Source of the DNA: an uncultured Gammaproteobacteria bacterium
Lineage (GTDB): Bacteria > Pseudomonadota > Gammaproteobacteria > HyVt-429
Assembly (NCBI GenBank): GCA_947259975.1
Contig: CAMYOD010000077.1
Location: 81,999-145,998, forward strand
Length of the DNA: 64,000 nucleotides
Reading direction: 5' to 3'
Under the pieces are notes generated by a model. The model was not told the origin of the DNA and did not search any database. It worked only from the letters and a program-made list of their open reading frames with translations. Below, in pieces: positions 1 to 9,757 of this stretch (the first letter of the stretch is position 1; every line of letters begins with the position of its first letter). Position numbers and translations under genes: made by a program.

Positions 1-945
1 ACGCGACCAACCCTGGTGTTTACCGGCCCAGAGCACAGTGCACGCGTGGTGCGTGAGCGGCTCGGAGATATGTTCGACGTCCATGCGGTGGACGCCACCC
101 CGGAGTCTCTATTGCCGAAGTTCCGCCAGTGTACCGCTTTTCTGGATGCTTCGATGAAGGTGCCTCTGACGGCCACGGACATCGATGCGGCTGGGCAACT
201 CAAGCTAATCGTGACCGCCACCACCGGCGCCACCCATATCGATCAGGTAGCGTTGGCCGCACGTAACATTCCTTTGCTGACGCTGAAAGGGCAGCGTGAG
301 GTATTACGCGAACTGACACCGGCGGCGGAACTCAGCTGGGCGCTGGTCATGGCCTGCGCGCGCCGACTTAGGGGTGCGCTGGCCCACGTTCGGGACGGCG
401 GTTGGGAGCGTGTCGAGTTCCCCGGCCTGATGCTCAAGGGCCGTACCATCGGGATCATCGGCATGGGTCGTATTGGTGGCTGGATGGCGCGTTATGCCCA
501 TGCCTTCGGTATGCGCGTAGTGTATTTTGATCCAAATAATGAGGATGCGCCGGAGTATGCGCAGGCCGTCACGTTGACGGAGCTGGTCGGACAGTCGGAT
601 GTCGTTTCTATTCATGTACATGTAGGCGATCGGACGCTGGGCATGATCGATCGTGATCTGATTGCCCAGTTTAAATCAGGCTCTATTTTTGTTAACACGT
701 CTCGCGGCGAGTTAACCGATGAAGCTGCCCTGGTCGAGGCTCTGGCAAACGGGCACCTCGCCGCCGTCGGCGTCGACGTGCTGACAGACGAGCCGAACAT
801 TCGTGATAACGTGCTCTGGCAGTATGCACAGTCGCACGACAATGTGGTTATTACCCCTCATATCGGGGGCTTCTGCCCCGATGCGGTGGATTTCGTAGTG
901 GGTTATTCCTGTGACCGAATCCGCGACTGGTTCAACGCCGCATGA
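1..945 (+). CDS. D-isomer-specific 2-hydroxyacid dehydrogenase (SerA-like), probably 5'-truncated by the window edge
   Basis: GIIGMGRIG Rossmann motif, NTSRG, DV..EP and TPHIGG catalytic motifs. The frame is open from base 1 (TRPTLVFTG), so the true start likely lies upstream. Confidence 0.85.
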   Translation, partial: TRPTLVFTGPEHSARVVRERLGDMFDVHAVDATPESLLPKFRQCTAFLDASMKVPLTATDIDAAGQLKLIVTATTGATHIDQVALAARNIPLLTLKGQREVLRELTPAAELSWALVMACARRLRGALAHVRDGGWERVEFPGLMLKGRTIGIIGMGRIGGWMARYAHAFGMRVVYFDPNNEDAPEYAQAVTLTELVGQSDVVSIHVHVGDRTLGMIDRDLIAQFKSGSIFVNTSRGELTDEAALVEALANGHLAAVGVDVLTDEPNIRDNVLWQYAQSHDNVVITPHIGGFCPDAVDFVVGYSCDRIRDWFNAA

Positions 946-2516
946 GTGAACATGTCGTATCGTTGGTTAAGGGTTTGGCCGACGCCGGCATCGAGTATGC
1001 CTTCGGTATCACGGGGAGCGGCGCAAGCCTGGGTCTGATTACCGGGCTGCAGGAACGGGGTGTGCAGTATTATCCGGTCGGTCACGAGGGTGCGGCGGCA
1101 TTGATGGCAGGGGCCTGTTGCCGCGATGGTCGCAGCCGCGCCGTTGCGGTGTCGATCAAGGGTCCCGGTTTCATCAATATGGCGCCGGGGATGCTCTCAA
1201 ATTGGTATGAAGGTCGGCCCGCGCTGTCGGTGAGTGAAGCCTACGCTACGAACACGCCGCCAGCACGACAACATAAGCGTGCTGATCATGCCGCAATCGC
1301 CGGCACCCTGGTCAAGGCCTACGATCGCTGCGACGGGCGCCGAGAACAGGTCACCGAACTCGTAACGGTGGCGCAGGCCGAGTATCCAGGACCGGTGCAT
1401 CTGGATCTGGGTCTGCAACCGGAGGCGCAGCGGAGTCAGTTTGCCGTTGACGCATCTACCGCCGCGACACCTGCCGATGCCGTGACCGAGGTCTGCGAGC
1501 GCATCGCGGCGAGTCGACGACCCGCCGTGATCCTCGGTTCGGTTGCGCGGCGTGTGTTGGCAGACACAGACTGGAATTCGTTGCGCGTGCCGGTAGTTAC
1601 CACGGCATCCGCCAAGGGTGTGATGAATGAGACCAGTGACTTCGCCGGCGGTGTCATCACCGGTGAGATCACCGACTACGCGCCGGAGGCGGGCGTGCTC
1701 GCCGAAGCCGACCTGCTGGTCGGATTCGGTTTACGGAACAACGAGGTCGTCAAGGCGACCCCAATGGGCGCACCCATGATACTCATTGACTGCGTCGGTG
1801 GTGATGCCCAGGCCGGCTTCGAAGCGGAGACCGTGTTGCTCGACCGTGATCTCGTCAGGCCTGCGGAACGCACTGTTGCCGCGCTGCGGGAAAAACATTG
1901 GGGCGAGGACATTGTTGCAGTTCATCGGCAGCGCTGGAAGGAATTGTTGCTGACGGATGAATGGTTGCCGGCATCGGTGTTTTCCAGGCTACAGTCACAG
2001 ATCGATACCCGCCCCGTGCTTGTGCTCGATACCGGTTTTTTCTGTACAGTCGGCGAGACTGTATGGCAGGCCATGCAAGCGGATGGCTTTTGTGGCAGCT
2101 CTGTCGGGCGGTTCATGGGCACAGCGATACCCACCGCAATCGGAGTTGCAATCAGTACGGCACCGCAACCCGTCGTCTGTGTTGTAGGCGACGGCGGTAT
2201 TTCACCCTATGTCGGCGAGATCAAGCTGGCGGTTGCGGAGCGACTGCCCATTTTGTTTATGCTTTTCTCAGACGGTCGTTACGGTAGTGTCGCGGCATTC
2301 AGTGATATCAACCCCCTGGTCGAACGTGCGGTTAATTTTTCGGCCGCGGGATGGTGGCGAGTGGTCGAGTCGCTCGGCTGTGCGGCGCGGCCGGTAAGTG
2401 ATTTTGCCGCGCTCAGCAACGCCTTGTCTGCATGGGAGCCAACGGCGGGACCTTTCTTTATCGAGTGCGCATTTGAGCCCGAGCCCTACGCAGCGATCGC
2501 CAAGCGCCTACGTTAG
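942..2516 (+). CDS. Thiamine diphosphate-dependent enzyme (acetolactate synthase-like superfamily)
   Basis: N-terminal FGITG...HEGAAALMA (catalytic Glu), GPG, MGTAIPTAIG and the GDGG ThDP motif. ATGA overlap with the previous gene. Confidence 0.85.
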   Translation: MSEHVVSLVKGLADAGIEYAFGITGSGASLGLITGLQERGVQYYPVGHEGAAALMAGACCRDGRSRAVAVSIKGPGFINMAPGMLSNWYEGRPALSVSEAYATNTPPARQHKRADHAAIAGTLVKAYDRCDGRREQVTELVTVAQAEYPGPVHLDLGLQPEAQRSQFAVDASTAATPADAVTEVCERIAASRRPAVILGSVARRVLADTDWNSLRVPVVTTASAKGVMNETSDFAGGVITGEITDYAPEAGVLAEADLLVGFGLRNNEVVKATPMGAPMILIDCVGGDAQAGFEAETVLLDRDLVRPAERTVAALREKHWGEDIVAVHRQRWKELLLTDEWLPASVFSRLQSQIDTRPVLVLDTGFFCTVGETVWQAMQADGFCGSSVGRFMGTAIPTAIGVAISTAPQPVVCVVGDGGISPYVGEIKLAVAERLPILFMLFSDGRYGSVAAFSDINPLVERAVNFSAAGWWRVVESLGCAARPVSDFAALSNALSAWEPTAGPFFIECAFEPEPYAAIAKRLR

Positions 2517-2522
2517 ACATTC

Positions 2523-3536
2523 ATGTCCGCGGCTAAACACCATATTCTAGTTCTCGGTGCGGGATCTGTCGGTAAACGCCATATGCAGAATCTCAGCACA
2601 CTGGGTTGTGAGATCTCGGCCATGGATCCCCGCGACGAGCGTTTGAACGAGGCCAGCGACGTCGTCAGATTAATAGATCGCTACCGGTCGCTCGACGAAG
2701 TTAGCGGCCACTGGGAGCGCTACAGCGGTGTGGTCGTGGGATCGCCGCCGAACGTGCACGTTGCGCAATGCATCGCCGCCATCGAGGCGGGTGTGCCGGT
2801 CTTGCTCGAGAAACCGGTTTGTCCCGATTTGATGGGCGCACAGCGACTCGCGGACCATGTCGACAAGGCATCCGCAGCGCTTTTGCTGGGTTATACCTAC
2901 CGCTGGTGGCAGCCGTTGCGCTTGTTTCGAGACCGGCTCCAGGCGAACGCGGCGGGCAAACCGCTACACGCGAAATTTGTGATGAGCGCTCATCTTGCGG
3001 ATTGGCATCCCTGGGAGCGGTATCAGGACTTCTTTATGGCGAGCCGCGATCTCGGTGGCGGCGCCTTGTTGGATGAAAGTCACTTCGTCGATCTGATGCT
3101 GTGGTTCTTCGGCATGCCGGACACGGTCTACAGCCGTGTCGAGAAGCTAAGCGAACTGGAGATCGATACCGACGACAACGTCGACATCATCGCGACCTAC
3201 GCAAGCGGTCTGCGTGTCTACATCCATCTGGATCTTTATGGGCGACCGCACGAGAAATATATCTCCGTCACCGGCGAAGAGGGCACGCTGGAGTGGAGCT
3301 TTGATCCGAACCGAATTCGCATGGCAAAGAGCATGGAGCACACATGGGACGAGGAACTGTTTGCCTTCGAGCGCAATGACATGTTCGTCGCCGTCGCCCG
3401 GGAATTTCTTGGCGTGATTGAGGGGGATCAGCAACCCTCCTGCAGCATCGATGACGGTGTCAATGTGCTGCGCGTGCTTGAGGCCTGCCGGCAGAGTTCT
3501 GTCAGTGGTCGGGAAGTCGGGCCGGCACCAGTCTGA
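2523..3536 (+). CDS. Gfo/Idh/MocA family oxidoreductase
   Basis: LGAGSVG, LLEKP and GGGALLDESHFVD motifs. Confidence 0.9.
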   Translation: MSAAKHHILVLGAGSVGKRHMQNLSTLGCEISAMDPRDERLNEASDVVRLIDRYRSLDEVSGHWERYSGVVVGSPPNVHVAQCIAAIEAGVPVLLEKPVCPDLMGAQRLADHVDKASAALLLGYTYRWWQPLRLFRDRLQANAAGKPLHAKFVMSAHLADWHPWERYQDFFMASRDLGGGALLDESHFVDLMLWFFGMPDTVYSRVEKLSELEIDTDDNVDIIATYASGLRVYIHLDLYGRPHEKYISVTGEEGTLEWSFDPNRIRMAKSMEHTWDEELFAFERNDMFVAVAREFLGVIEGDQQPSCSIDDGVNVLRVLEACRQSSVSGREVGPAPV

Positions 3537-4264
3537 TGCTCGATGGCCAGAGAATACTGGCGGTGGTCCCGGCGCGCAGCGGCAGCAAAGGTATCCCCAA
3601 CAAGAATATGCGAATACTGCAGGGCGTTTCGTTGATCGGGCGTGCGGGGGACTGTCTCGCGCAGTTGCCATGGCTGGATGCCAGAATCATATCGACGGAT
3701 AGCGCGGAATATGCGGAAGAGGGTCGGCGTCACGGATTGGAGGCACCGTTTCTGAGGTCGGCGCGATATAGCGGCGATACCGCCACGGCGTTGGAGGTAA
3801 TGCGCGACGCGCTGGAACGCTATGAAGCCCACTCCGAAACCGAGTTCGATATCCTATTGTTGATTGAGCCGACTTCGCCATTACGTATCCCTGCGGATAT
3901 TGAGGGTGCCACCCGTGTGTTGCTGGATAACCATTGTGATTCGGTCATTTGTGTGAGTCCAGCGGATACCAAGTGCCACCCACTTAAAATGCTGACGATT
4001 GAGGATGACCGTATCGGTCTTTACCAGCCGGAGGCACAGAACATTACTGCCCGTCAGCAACTGAGTCAGCTCTATGTCCGCAACGGGGTGTGTTATGGGG
4101 TGACCAGGGACTGTTTGTTGAATAAGCAAGCAATCATTACCGAAAACACACTGCCCTATGTCATTGAGCGCCGATTAGTGAATGTCGACGAGCCCATTGA
4201 TTTGGAATGGGCGGAATTTCTTGTCACACGGCAGGCTGACGAGACCGTGACACAAACCCATTAG
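3536..4264 (+). CDS. neuA: Acylneuraminate (CMP-nonulosonate) cytidylyltransferase
   Basis: PARSGSKGIPNKN, ISTD, PFLR, EPTSPLR and NVDEPID motifs. Confidence 0.9.
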   Translation: MLDGQRILAVVPARSGSKGIPNKNMRILQGVSLIGRAGDCLAQLPWLDARIISTDSAEYAEEGRRHGLEAPFLRSARYSGDTATALEVMRDALERYEAHSETEFDILLLIEPTSPLRIPADIEGATRVLLDNHCDSVICVSPADTKCHPLKMLTIEDDRIGLYQPEAQNITARQQLSQLYVRNGVCYGVTRDCLLNKQAIITENTLPYVIERRLVNVDEPIDLEWAEFLVTRQADETVTQTH

Positions 4265-4283
4265 AGTTCGGGACCAAGTTATT

Positions 4284-5480
4284 ATGGCAAACAAGAGAAT
4301 TGCGGTCGTTCTGGTGGATCGGGCGAACTACGGTCGCCTGCGTCCCGTCATGGAGGCCATGCGGGACGAGCCGAACATCGACATGCAGCTCGTTGTCACC
4401 GGTACGATGTTGCTCGACCGCTTTGGAACCGCGGTAAACGTGGTCGAACAGGACGGTTTCGTGGTCGATGAGAAAATCTATATCGAACTCGAAGGCTCCG
4501 TACCCGCGACCATGGTCAAGAGCATGGGGTTGGCCATCATCGAACTGGGTAACACCTTTGCTCGCCTGAATCCGGATTTCGTCCTTTTGATCGGCGATCG
4601 GTACGAAGCCTTCAGCGCCGCGATAGCCGCTGTGTACCAGAACATCTGTCTGATCCATATCCAGGGCGGTGAAGTCACCGGCTCGATAGACGAATCAGCG
4701 CGTCACGCAATCACCAAGCTTGCGCATTATCACTTTCCGGCCACTCAGCGGGCCGCGGATTTCATAGTTGCGATGGGGGAGCCGCACGAGAAAGTGTTCA
4801 TGTGCGGTTGTCCGAGTGCAGATGTAGTGGCGCGCGCAGTTGTTCATGAACCAACCGACACCGCTGAGTATCTGGACCGACTTGGGGTCGGGCCGCACAT
4901 CAATCTGTCCGAACGATTTATCGTGGCTCTGTTTCATCCGGTGACGACCGAGTACCAGAGTGCCGAAACCCAGATGGACGAATTATTAAAAGCGCTGCAC
5001 AGGAGCGGTGAACAGGTTATCTTGATCTGGCCCAACATCGACGCGGGCAGCGACGGCGTTTCACAGGCGATACGTCGATTTCGCGAGTTCAACCGCGATG
5101 CGAAACTCCACGCCTACAAGAATTTCGAACCGGAACGCTACATACCGCTACTGAACCGAGCCGCCTGCCTGGTGGGAAATTCATCCAGTTTTATCCGCGA
5201 TGCCTCCTTTCTAGGTACGCCGGTAGTATTGGTTGGCTCAAGGCAGGATGGACGTGAACGCTGCAAGGCGGTAATGCGTGTTGATGCAGAATGTGAGCAG
5301 ATTCTGGATGCGTTAATCCAGCAGTTACAGCACGGACCCTACGCCCCGAGCACACTCTATGGTACCCCGGGGGTGGCAGCACGGCTCACGAAGGAGTTGC
5401 TTGGTCTGGCTGAGTTTTCCCAAAAACGTCTAGCCTATGGCCAGAATCCGCGTTCAGATGTTGATGAAGATATCACGTAA
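4284..5480 (+). CDS. neuC: Hydrolysing UDP-GlcNAc (or NDP-Bac2Ac4Ac) 2-epimerase
   Basis: RANYG, GDRYE, HIQGGE.TGSIDE..RHAITKLAHYHF, FHPVT, PNIDAG, VGNSSS and GSRQDGRE motifs. Confidence 0.9.
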   Translation: MANKRIAVVLVDRANYGRLRPVMEAMRDEPNIDMQLVVTGTMLLDRFGTAVNVVEQDGFVVDEKIYIELEGSVPATMVKSMGLAIIELGNTFARLNPDFVLLIGDRYEAFSAAIAAVYQNICLIHIQGGEVTGSIDESARHAITKLAHYHFPATQRAADFIVAMGEPHEKVFMCGCPSADVVARAVVHEPTDTAEYLDRLGVGPHINLSERFIVALFHPVTTEYQSAETQMDELLKALHRSGEQVILIWPNIDAGSDGVSQAIRRFREFNRDAKLHAYKNFEPERYIPLLNRAACLVGNSSSFIRDASFLGTPVVLVGSRQDGRERCKAVMRVDAECEQILDALIQQLQHGPYAPSTLYGTPGVAARLTKELLGLAEFSQKRLAYGQNPRSDVDEDIT

Positions 5481-5533
5481 TCGCTTTATTGAAAAATGGA
5501 CCTACATCTGAAACCAGAGGCCGATCTCTCAAG

Positions 5534-6739
5534 ATGAGTAACAGAGGAAGCAGTCCGCATTGCTACTTTGTTGTTGGCATTCGATCGAACTTCCGTGGAC
5601 TATTGAAGGATGCCATCGAAACGGCAAAACGCTACGGTTATGTAGCCCGAATACTTGATATTCATCAGATTGTGAGTGGTTGGGAGAAGCATCCGAACGA
5701 CTGGGATGAAGTCGGACTGCAGGACGAAGTGGTTCTGTTTTCGACAACACGCGAATTCGGCCGATTTGTCGCAAAAAATGTTGACCATGAATCACCCGTT
5801 CTTTTCTTATACCCGCCAGATCGTTTTATCAGAAAGTTCTGGTTCAAGTTTCAACGACGGAAGGCGCCCGTTGGATTAGTGACAATCGGCCCAGTCCCTA
5901 GTTTGCAACACTGTTCGCAAGCGGGTTTGATGGGACTGCGAAAAATTCTTTTTCTAATGTTGCGACCCTTGAAAGCGCTATTTAAGCCGTCCCTGGCTTT
6001 TTGGGTTGTATCTGGTACTGCTTGCACTAATAAAGACCGCCGAATGTTTAGGTCTTGGCGATCCGCACAGCTGATATATGCGCATTCAATAGACTATGAA
6101 CTGTTTCGGCTAATGAGCATGGATTCGAATAACCTAACGCGCAACGACGGTAGGGTGGTCCTGCTCGATCAAGGCTGGTTCAGCAAGCCTTTGCCGGAGT
6201 ATTATCGAAAGCCATCAATCTATCCGCCAACAACATATGACAACTACCGTCGAGGCATACTCGATTTTCTCGCCAGAATTGAGAAGCATACCGATTGTCC
6301 GGTAGTCATTGGCTGTCACCCGAAAGCGGATCTTGCTGAAACACAGCGACTGTATGAGGGATATGAAGTGGTGCGAGGCGCCACCAAGGAGTTGGTGGCG
6401 AGAGCGAGCATGGTGGTTGCGAATTCCACGACAAGTATCCAGTTTGCGGTTCTTTTCAGAAAACCGATATTGCTATTTACAAGTGATGAGTTGGAAACCT
6501 CGGTAATGGCACCATTGGTAGCAGGCTATCAGCATGAGCTTGGGCTAGAACTCGTGAATATTGATCGTTTGTCAGGGGTGAGTGAAATTATTGACAGAGT
6601 CGCGATAGACGAAGAACGATACGGGGTCTATATCAACCGATACATCAAGCAAGATGCATCACCGCAGTTGCCCCTATGGGAAATCGTGTTTCAAGGTTTG
6701 GCAAAATCGACCGGCGGGCCCCTACCCAGCGCCACATGA
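5534..6739 (+). CDS. Hypothetical polysaccharide biosynthesis protein, candidate CMP-nonulosonate transferase (GT-B-like C-terminus)
   Basis: Long ORF directly after neuC. The C-terminal GCHPK and NSTTSIQFAVLFRKP segments resemble the HP and SS/T motifs of CMP-sugar GT-B enzymes. Start is ATG 5534 or TTG 5489. Confidence 0.5.
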   Translation: MSNRGSSPHCYFVVGIRSNFRGLLKDAIETAKRYGYVARILDIHQIVSGWEKHPNDWDEVGLQDEVVLFSTTREFGRFVAKNVDHESPVLFLYPPDRFIRKFWFKFQRRKAPVGLVTIGPVPSLQHCSQAGLMGLRKILFLMLRPLKALFKPSLAFWVVSGTACTNKDRRMFRSWRSAQLIYAHSIDYELFRLMSMDSNNLTRNDGRVVLLDQGWFSKPLPEYYRKPSIYPPTTYDNYRRGILDFLARIEKHTDCPVVIGCHPKADLAETQRLYEGYEVVRGATKELVARASMVVANSTTSIQFAVLFRKPILLFTSDELETSVMAPLVAGYQHELGLELVNIDRLSGVSEIIDRVAIDEERYGVYINRYIKQDASPQLPLWEIVFQGLAKSTGGPLPSAT

Positions 6740-7185
6740 TGAGAAGTACGAACCAAATGGAAGGCGTCGTACTAACGCCGCTCTCAATTGTTCCAGCCCC
6801 CGGCGGCGACATCATGCACGCGCTAAAGTCGAGTGAGGCGCCGGAGTACCGCTTTGGGGAAGCATATTTTTCCTGGATTGCCCCCGGCGCCATCAAGGCA
6901 TGGAAGCGGCATCGCGAAATGACGCTGAATATCGTGGTTCCACTCGGCAGGATTCGTTTTGTCGTGGTCGACGATCGCACGAATTCAACAACGCGGAACA
7001 GCGTCGCCGAATTTGTCCTCGCGCCTAAGGGTCACTACGCCCGTCTCACAGTTGCACCTGGCCTATGGCTTGGGTTTCAGGGCCTGGCTTCGTACGACAG
7101 TCTCCTGCTCAATCTCGCGGACGTTGAGCATGATCCGGCGGAAATCGATCGTCTTGCGCCGGATAGATTCAAGTTCGACTGGTAA
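6736..7185 (+). CDS. Cupin NDP-4-keto-6-deoxyhexose epimerase (RmlC/WbcA-like)
   Basis: FGEAYFS, KAWKRH, FVVVDDR, RLTVAPGLWLGF and HDPAE motifs. ATG 6736 overlaps the upstream stop. Confidence 0.8.
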   Translation: MMRSTNQMEGVVLTPLSIVPAPGGDIMHALKSSEAPEYRFGEAYFSWIAPGAIKAWKRHREMTLNIVVPLGRIRFVVVDDRTNSTTRNSVAEFVLAPKGHYARLTVAPGLWLGFQGLASYDSLLLNLADVEHDPAEIDRLAPDRFKFDW

Positions 7186-7208
7186 CCAAAGCGGATGTAC
7201 TCAAAACA

Positions 7209-7973
7209 ATGAAAGTCGTAATACTTGCAGGTGGTTTCGGTACACGATTGGCCGAATATACCGATGTGATTCCGAAACCCATGGTGACTGTCGGTGGTCG
7301 GCCGATTCTCTGGCATATCATGAATCTGTATGCACGGGCCGGGCACAAGGATTTCTTTCTCGCGCTCGGTTACAAGGGTGATGTAATCAAGGAATATTTC
7401 CTTAATTATTATTCGTTGAATGCGGACGTCACGGTCGATCTGAGTGATGGCGAGGTCACCTGTCATAATTCGGCCACGGTGGACTGGCGGGTGACGATGG
7501 TCGATACGGGTCTGAAATCAATGACCGGCGGCCGCGTGAAGCGCATGCAAAACTACGTGGGTAATGAAACATTTTTGTTGACCTACGGAGACGGTTTGGC
7601 AGATATTGATATTCGTCAACTGGTCGATTTTCACAAGCAGCATGGCCGCCTGGTGACGGTGAGCGCCGTTCATCCTGGGGCCCGGTTTGGCGAACTGGTG
7701 TTGAACGGCGAACAGGTGCATGCATTTGCCGAGAAACCGCAGGTCGGCCAGGGTTGGATTAACGGCGGATTCTTCGTAATCGAGCCGGGGTTCTTCGAAT
7801 ACCTCGTGGACGACGACACGATACTCGAGCGTCAACCCCTCGAACGTGCCGCCGCGGATGGGCAAATGATGGCCTTTCGTCATGATGGATTCTGGCATTG
7901 TATGGATACAAAACGCGATCACGATTTTCTCGAAGATATGTGGGCATCCGGTGATGTGCCCTGGAGCCGATAG
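7209..7973 (+). CDS. rfbF: Glucose-1-phosphate cytidylyltransferase
   Basis: LAGGFGTRL...PKPMV, LGYKG, VDTG...TGGR, TYGDG, WINGGFF and FWHCMDTKRD motifs. Confidence 0.95.
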   Translation: MKVVILAGGFGTRLAEYTDVIPKPMVTVGGRPILWHIMNLYARAGHKDFFLALGYKGDVIKEYFLNYYSLNADVTVDLSDGEVTCHNSATVDWRVTMVDTGLKSMTGGRVKRMQNYVGNETFLLTYGDGLADIDIRQLVDFHKQHGRLVTVSAVHPGARFGELVLNGEQVHAFAEKPQVGQGWINGGFFVIEPGFFEYLVDDDTILERQPLERAAADGQMMAFRHDGFWHCMDTKRDHDFLEDMWASGDVPWSR

Positions 7974-7978
7974 ACAAG

Positions 7979-8932
7979 ATGGCTGAGGCGGGCCGACTTT
8001 TGATCACCGGTGGCACGGGTTTTCTGGGGCGCCACCTGGCCGTGGCCGCCGTAGGTCGAGGCTATCGCGTAAGCGTGACATCGAAGTCTGACGCCGCGGA
8101 TGTGTTGACGCCGCGTGGTGCAGAAAGAATCAACGTCGATTTGCGGGACAAATCGGCGGCTAACGCAGCCTTTGCCGGGCACAGCTTCGAATACGTCATT
8201 AACTGCGCGGGTTATATCGATCACACGCCATATTCCAAGGGCGGCCGCGATCTCATCGAAAGCCACTTTGTCGGCTTGTTGAATCTACTGGACGGTATTC
8301 CGTTGGGGGCCGTTCGCGCATTCGTGCAATTGGGAAGTAGCGACGAATACGGCGGAGCCCCGGCGCCGCAGCGCGAAGATCAGCGCGAGGCGCCCATTTC
8401 ACCGTACTCGTTCGCCAAGGTGGCTGCCACGCAATTCCTGCAAACCCTGTACCGCACCGAGGGTTTTCCGGCGACGGTGCTGCGATTGTTTCTGGTGTAT
8501 GGGCCCGGCCAGAATGAGGCGCGGTTCCTGCCGCAAATCATTCGCGGCTGTCAGGAAAACCGGGAATTTCCCGTGTCCGCGGGCGACCAGTTGCGCGACT
8601 TCTGTTACGTGGATGATGTCGCGGACGGAATCCTCGATGCGTTATCGGCTCGTGACGCGCGGGGTGAGGTGATCAACCTAGGTTCGGGGAGGCCGGTGAC
8701 CATCCGCGAGGTAATCGAAACCGTGCAGGCTATCGTCGGTACGGGCCGGCCGCAATTCGGCATGGTCCCTTATCGTCCCGGCGAGAACATGGCCCTGTAT
8801 CCGGATACCAAGAAAGCTCAGAAAATATTGAATTGGAAACCGCGATTCGAACTTGCTGACGGTCTGCGGCACACGATCAGTTCCTGGTGCGACAGCCGGA
8901 CTCGGGCAGCATCGCGAGGGAATCGCGCATGA
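7979..8932 (+). CDS. NAD-dependent epimerase/reductase (extended SDR), probable CDP-4-ketosugar reductase
   Basis: TGGTGFLG, GSSDEYG, YSFAK and RDFCYVDD motifs. Lies next to rfbF. Confidence 0.85.
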   Translation: MAEAGRLLITGGTGFLGRHLAVAAVGRGYRVSVTSKSDAADVLTPRGAERINVDLRDKSAANAAFAGHSFEYVINCAGYIDHTPYSKGGRDLIESHFVGLLNLLDGIPLGAVRAFVQLGSSDEYGGAPAPQREDQREAPISPYSFAKVAATQFLQTLYRTEGFPATVLRLFLVYGPGQNEARFLPQIIRGCQENREFPVSAGDQLRDFCYVDDVADGILDALSARDARGEVINLGSGRPVTIREVIETVQAIVGTGRPQFGMVPYRPGENMALYPDTKKAQKILNWKPRFELADGLRHTISSWCDSRTRAASRGNRA

Positions 8933-9729
8933 CACCAAAGATCAGTGTTCTGATGAATTGTTACAACGGCGCCAGGTATCTGCGCGAGGCGATCGAATCG
9001 GTCCTTGTGCAGACTTATCCCAATTGGGAGCTGATTTTTTGGGACAACCAATCAACCGATGCCAGCCGCGAGATTGCGGAGTCCTACGGCCCACATCATA
9101 CGATATTGGGTGAAGCGCGGCGGCTTGCCTCTACGTATTTTAGCGGTGAATGGATCGGCTTTCTGGACACCGACGACGTCTGGTTTCCGTTTAAGCTGGA
9201 GCGTCAGGTCGCGGCAATCAAAGACGATCGCAGTGGCAAGCTGGGTCTGGTCTATGGCGTTACCGAACCCTTGGTCGAGAGCGGTATTGCACCCCCACAT
9301 CGCTTTGCATTCCAGAGATTTGTCGGCGCACAGCAGCCGGAAGGCGAGATTTTCGGTGAATTAATAAAGTGTAATTTTATCGCCCTTCCATCCATGTTGG
9401 TGAAGTATTCGGCATTTACAGAGGTTGGCGGTTTTTCGGGGCGTTTTCCGGTATCAGAGGACTATTTTTTATCGCTTCGGATTGCGCATGATTATCACGC
9501 GCGGGCGGTGCAGGAGCCCATATGCCGTTATCGCATCCACGGCGATAATGCATCGCTCGACACCAATTACGGCGGCGTTGCCGAGGATCTAAGAGTCATT
9601 GGTCATTTTTTGCCGGAATTGCCCGCGGTTCGTGCACTACCACGCCTGAGCATGAGATACCTCCTTCACCGCTATCGGGATTTCAGGTATCGGACATGGC
9701 CGAAGCGTCTTCGGGCTAGAGGCGGTTGA
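8929..9729 (+). CDS. Glycosyltransferase family 2 (apparent short internal deletion)
   Basis: ISVLMNCYN, WDNQSTD, FLDTDD, SEDY and YRIHG motifs. ATG 8929 overlaps the upstream TGA. Confidence 0.85.
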   Translation: MTPKISVLMNCYNGARYLREAIESVLVQTYPNWELIFWDNQSTDASREIAESYGPHHTILGEARRLASTYFSGEWIGFLDTDDVWFPFKLERQVAAIKDDRSGKLGLVYGVTEPLVESGIAPPHRFAFQRFVGAQQPEGEIFGELIKCNFIALPSMLVKYSAFTEVGGFSGRFPVSEDYFLSLRIAHDYHARAVQEPICRYRIHGDNASLDTNYGGVAEDLRVIGHFLPELPAVRALPRLSMRYLLHRYRDFRYRTWPKRLRARGG

Positions 9730-9757
9730 GGGGCATCCATTACGTTCCGTTTGTGGC

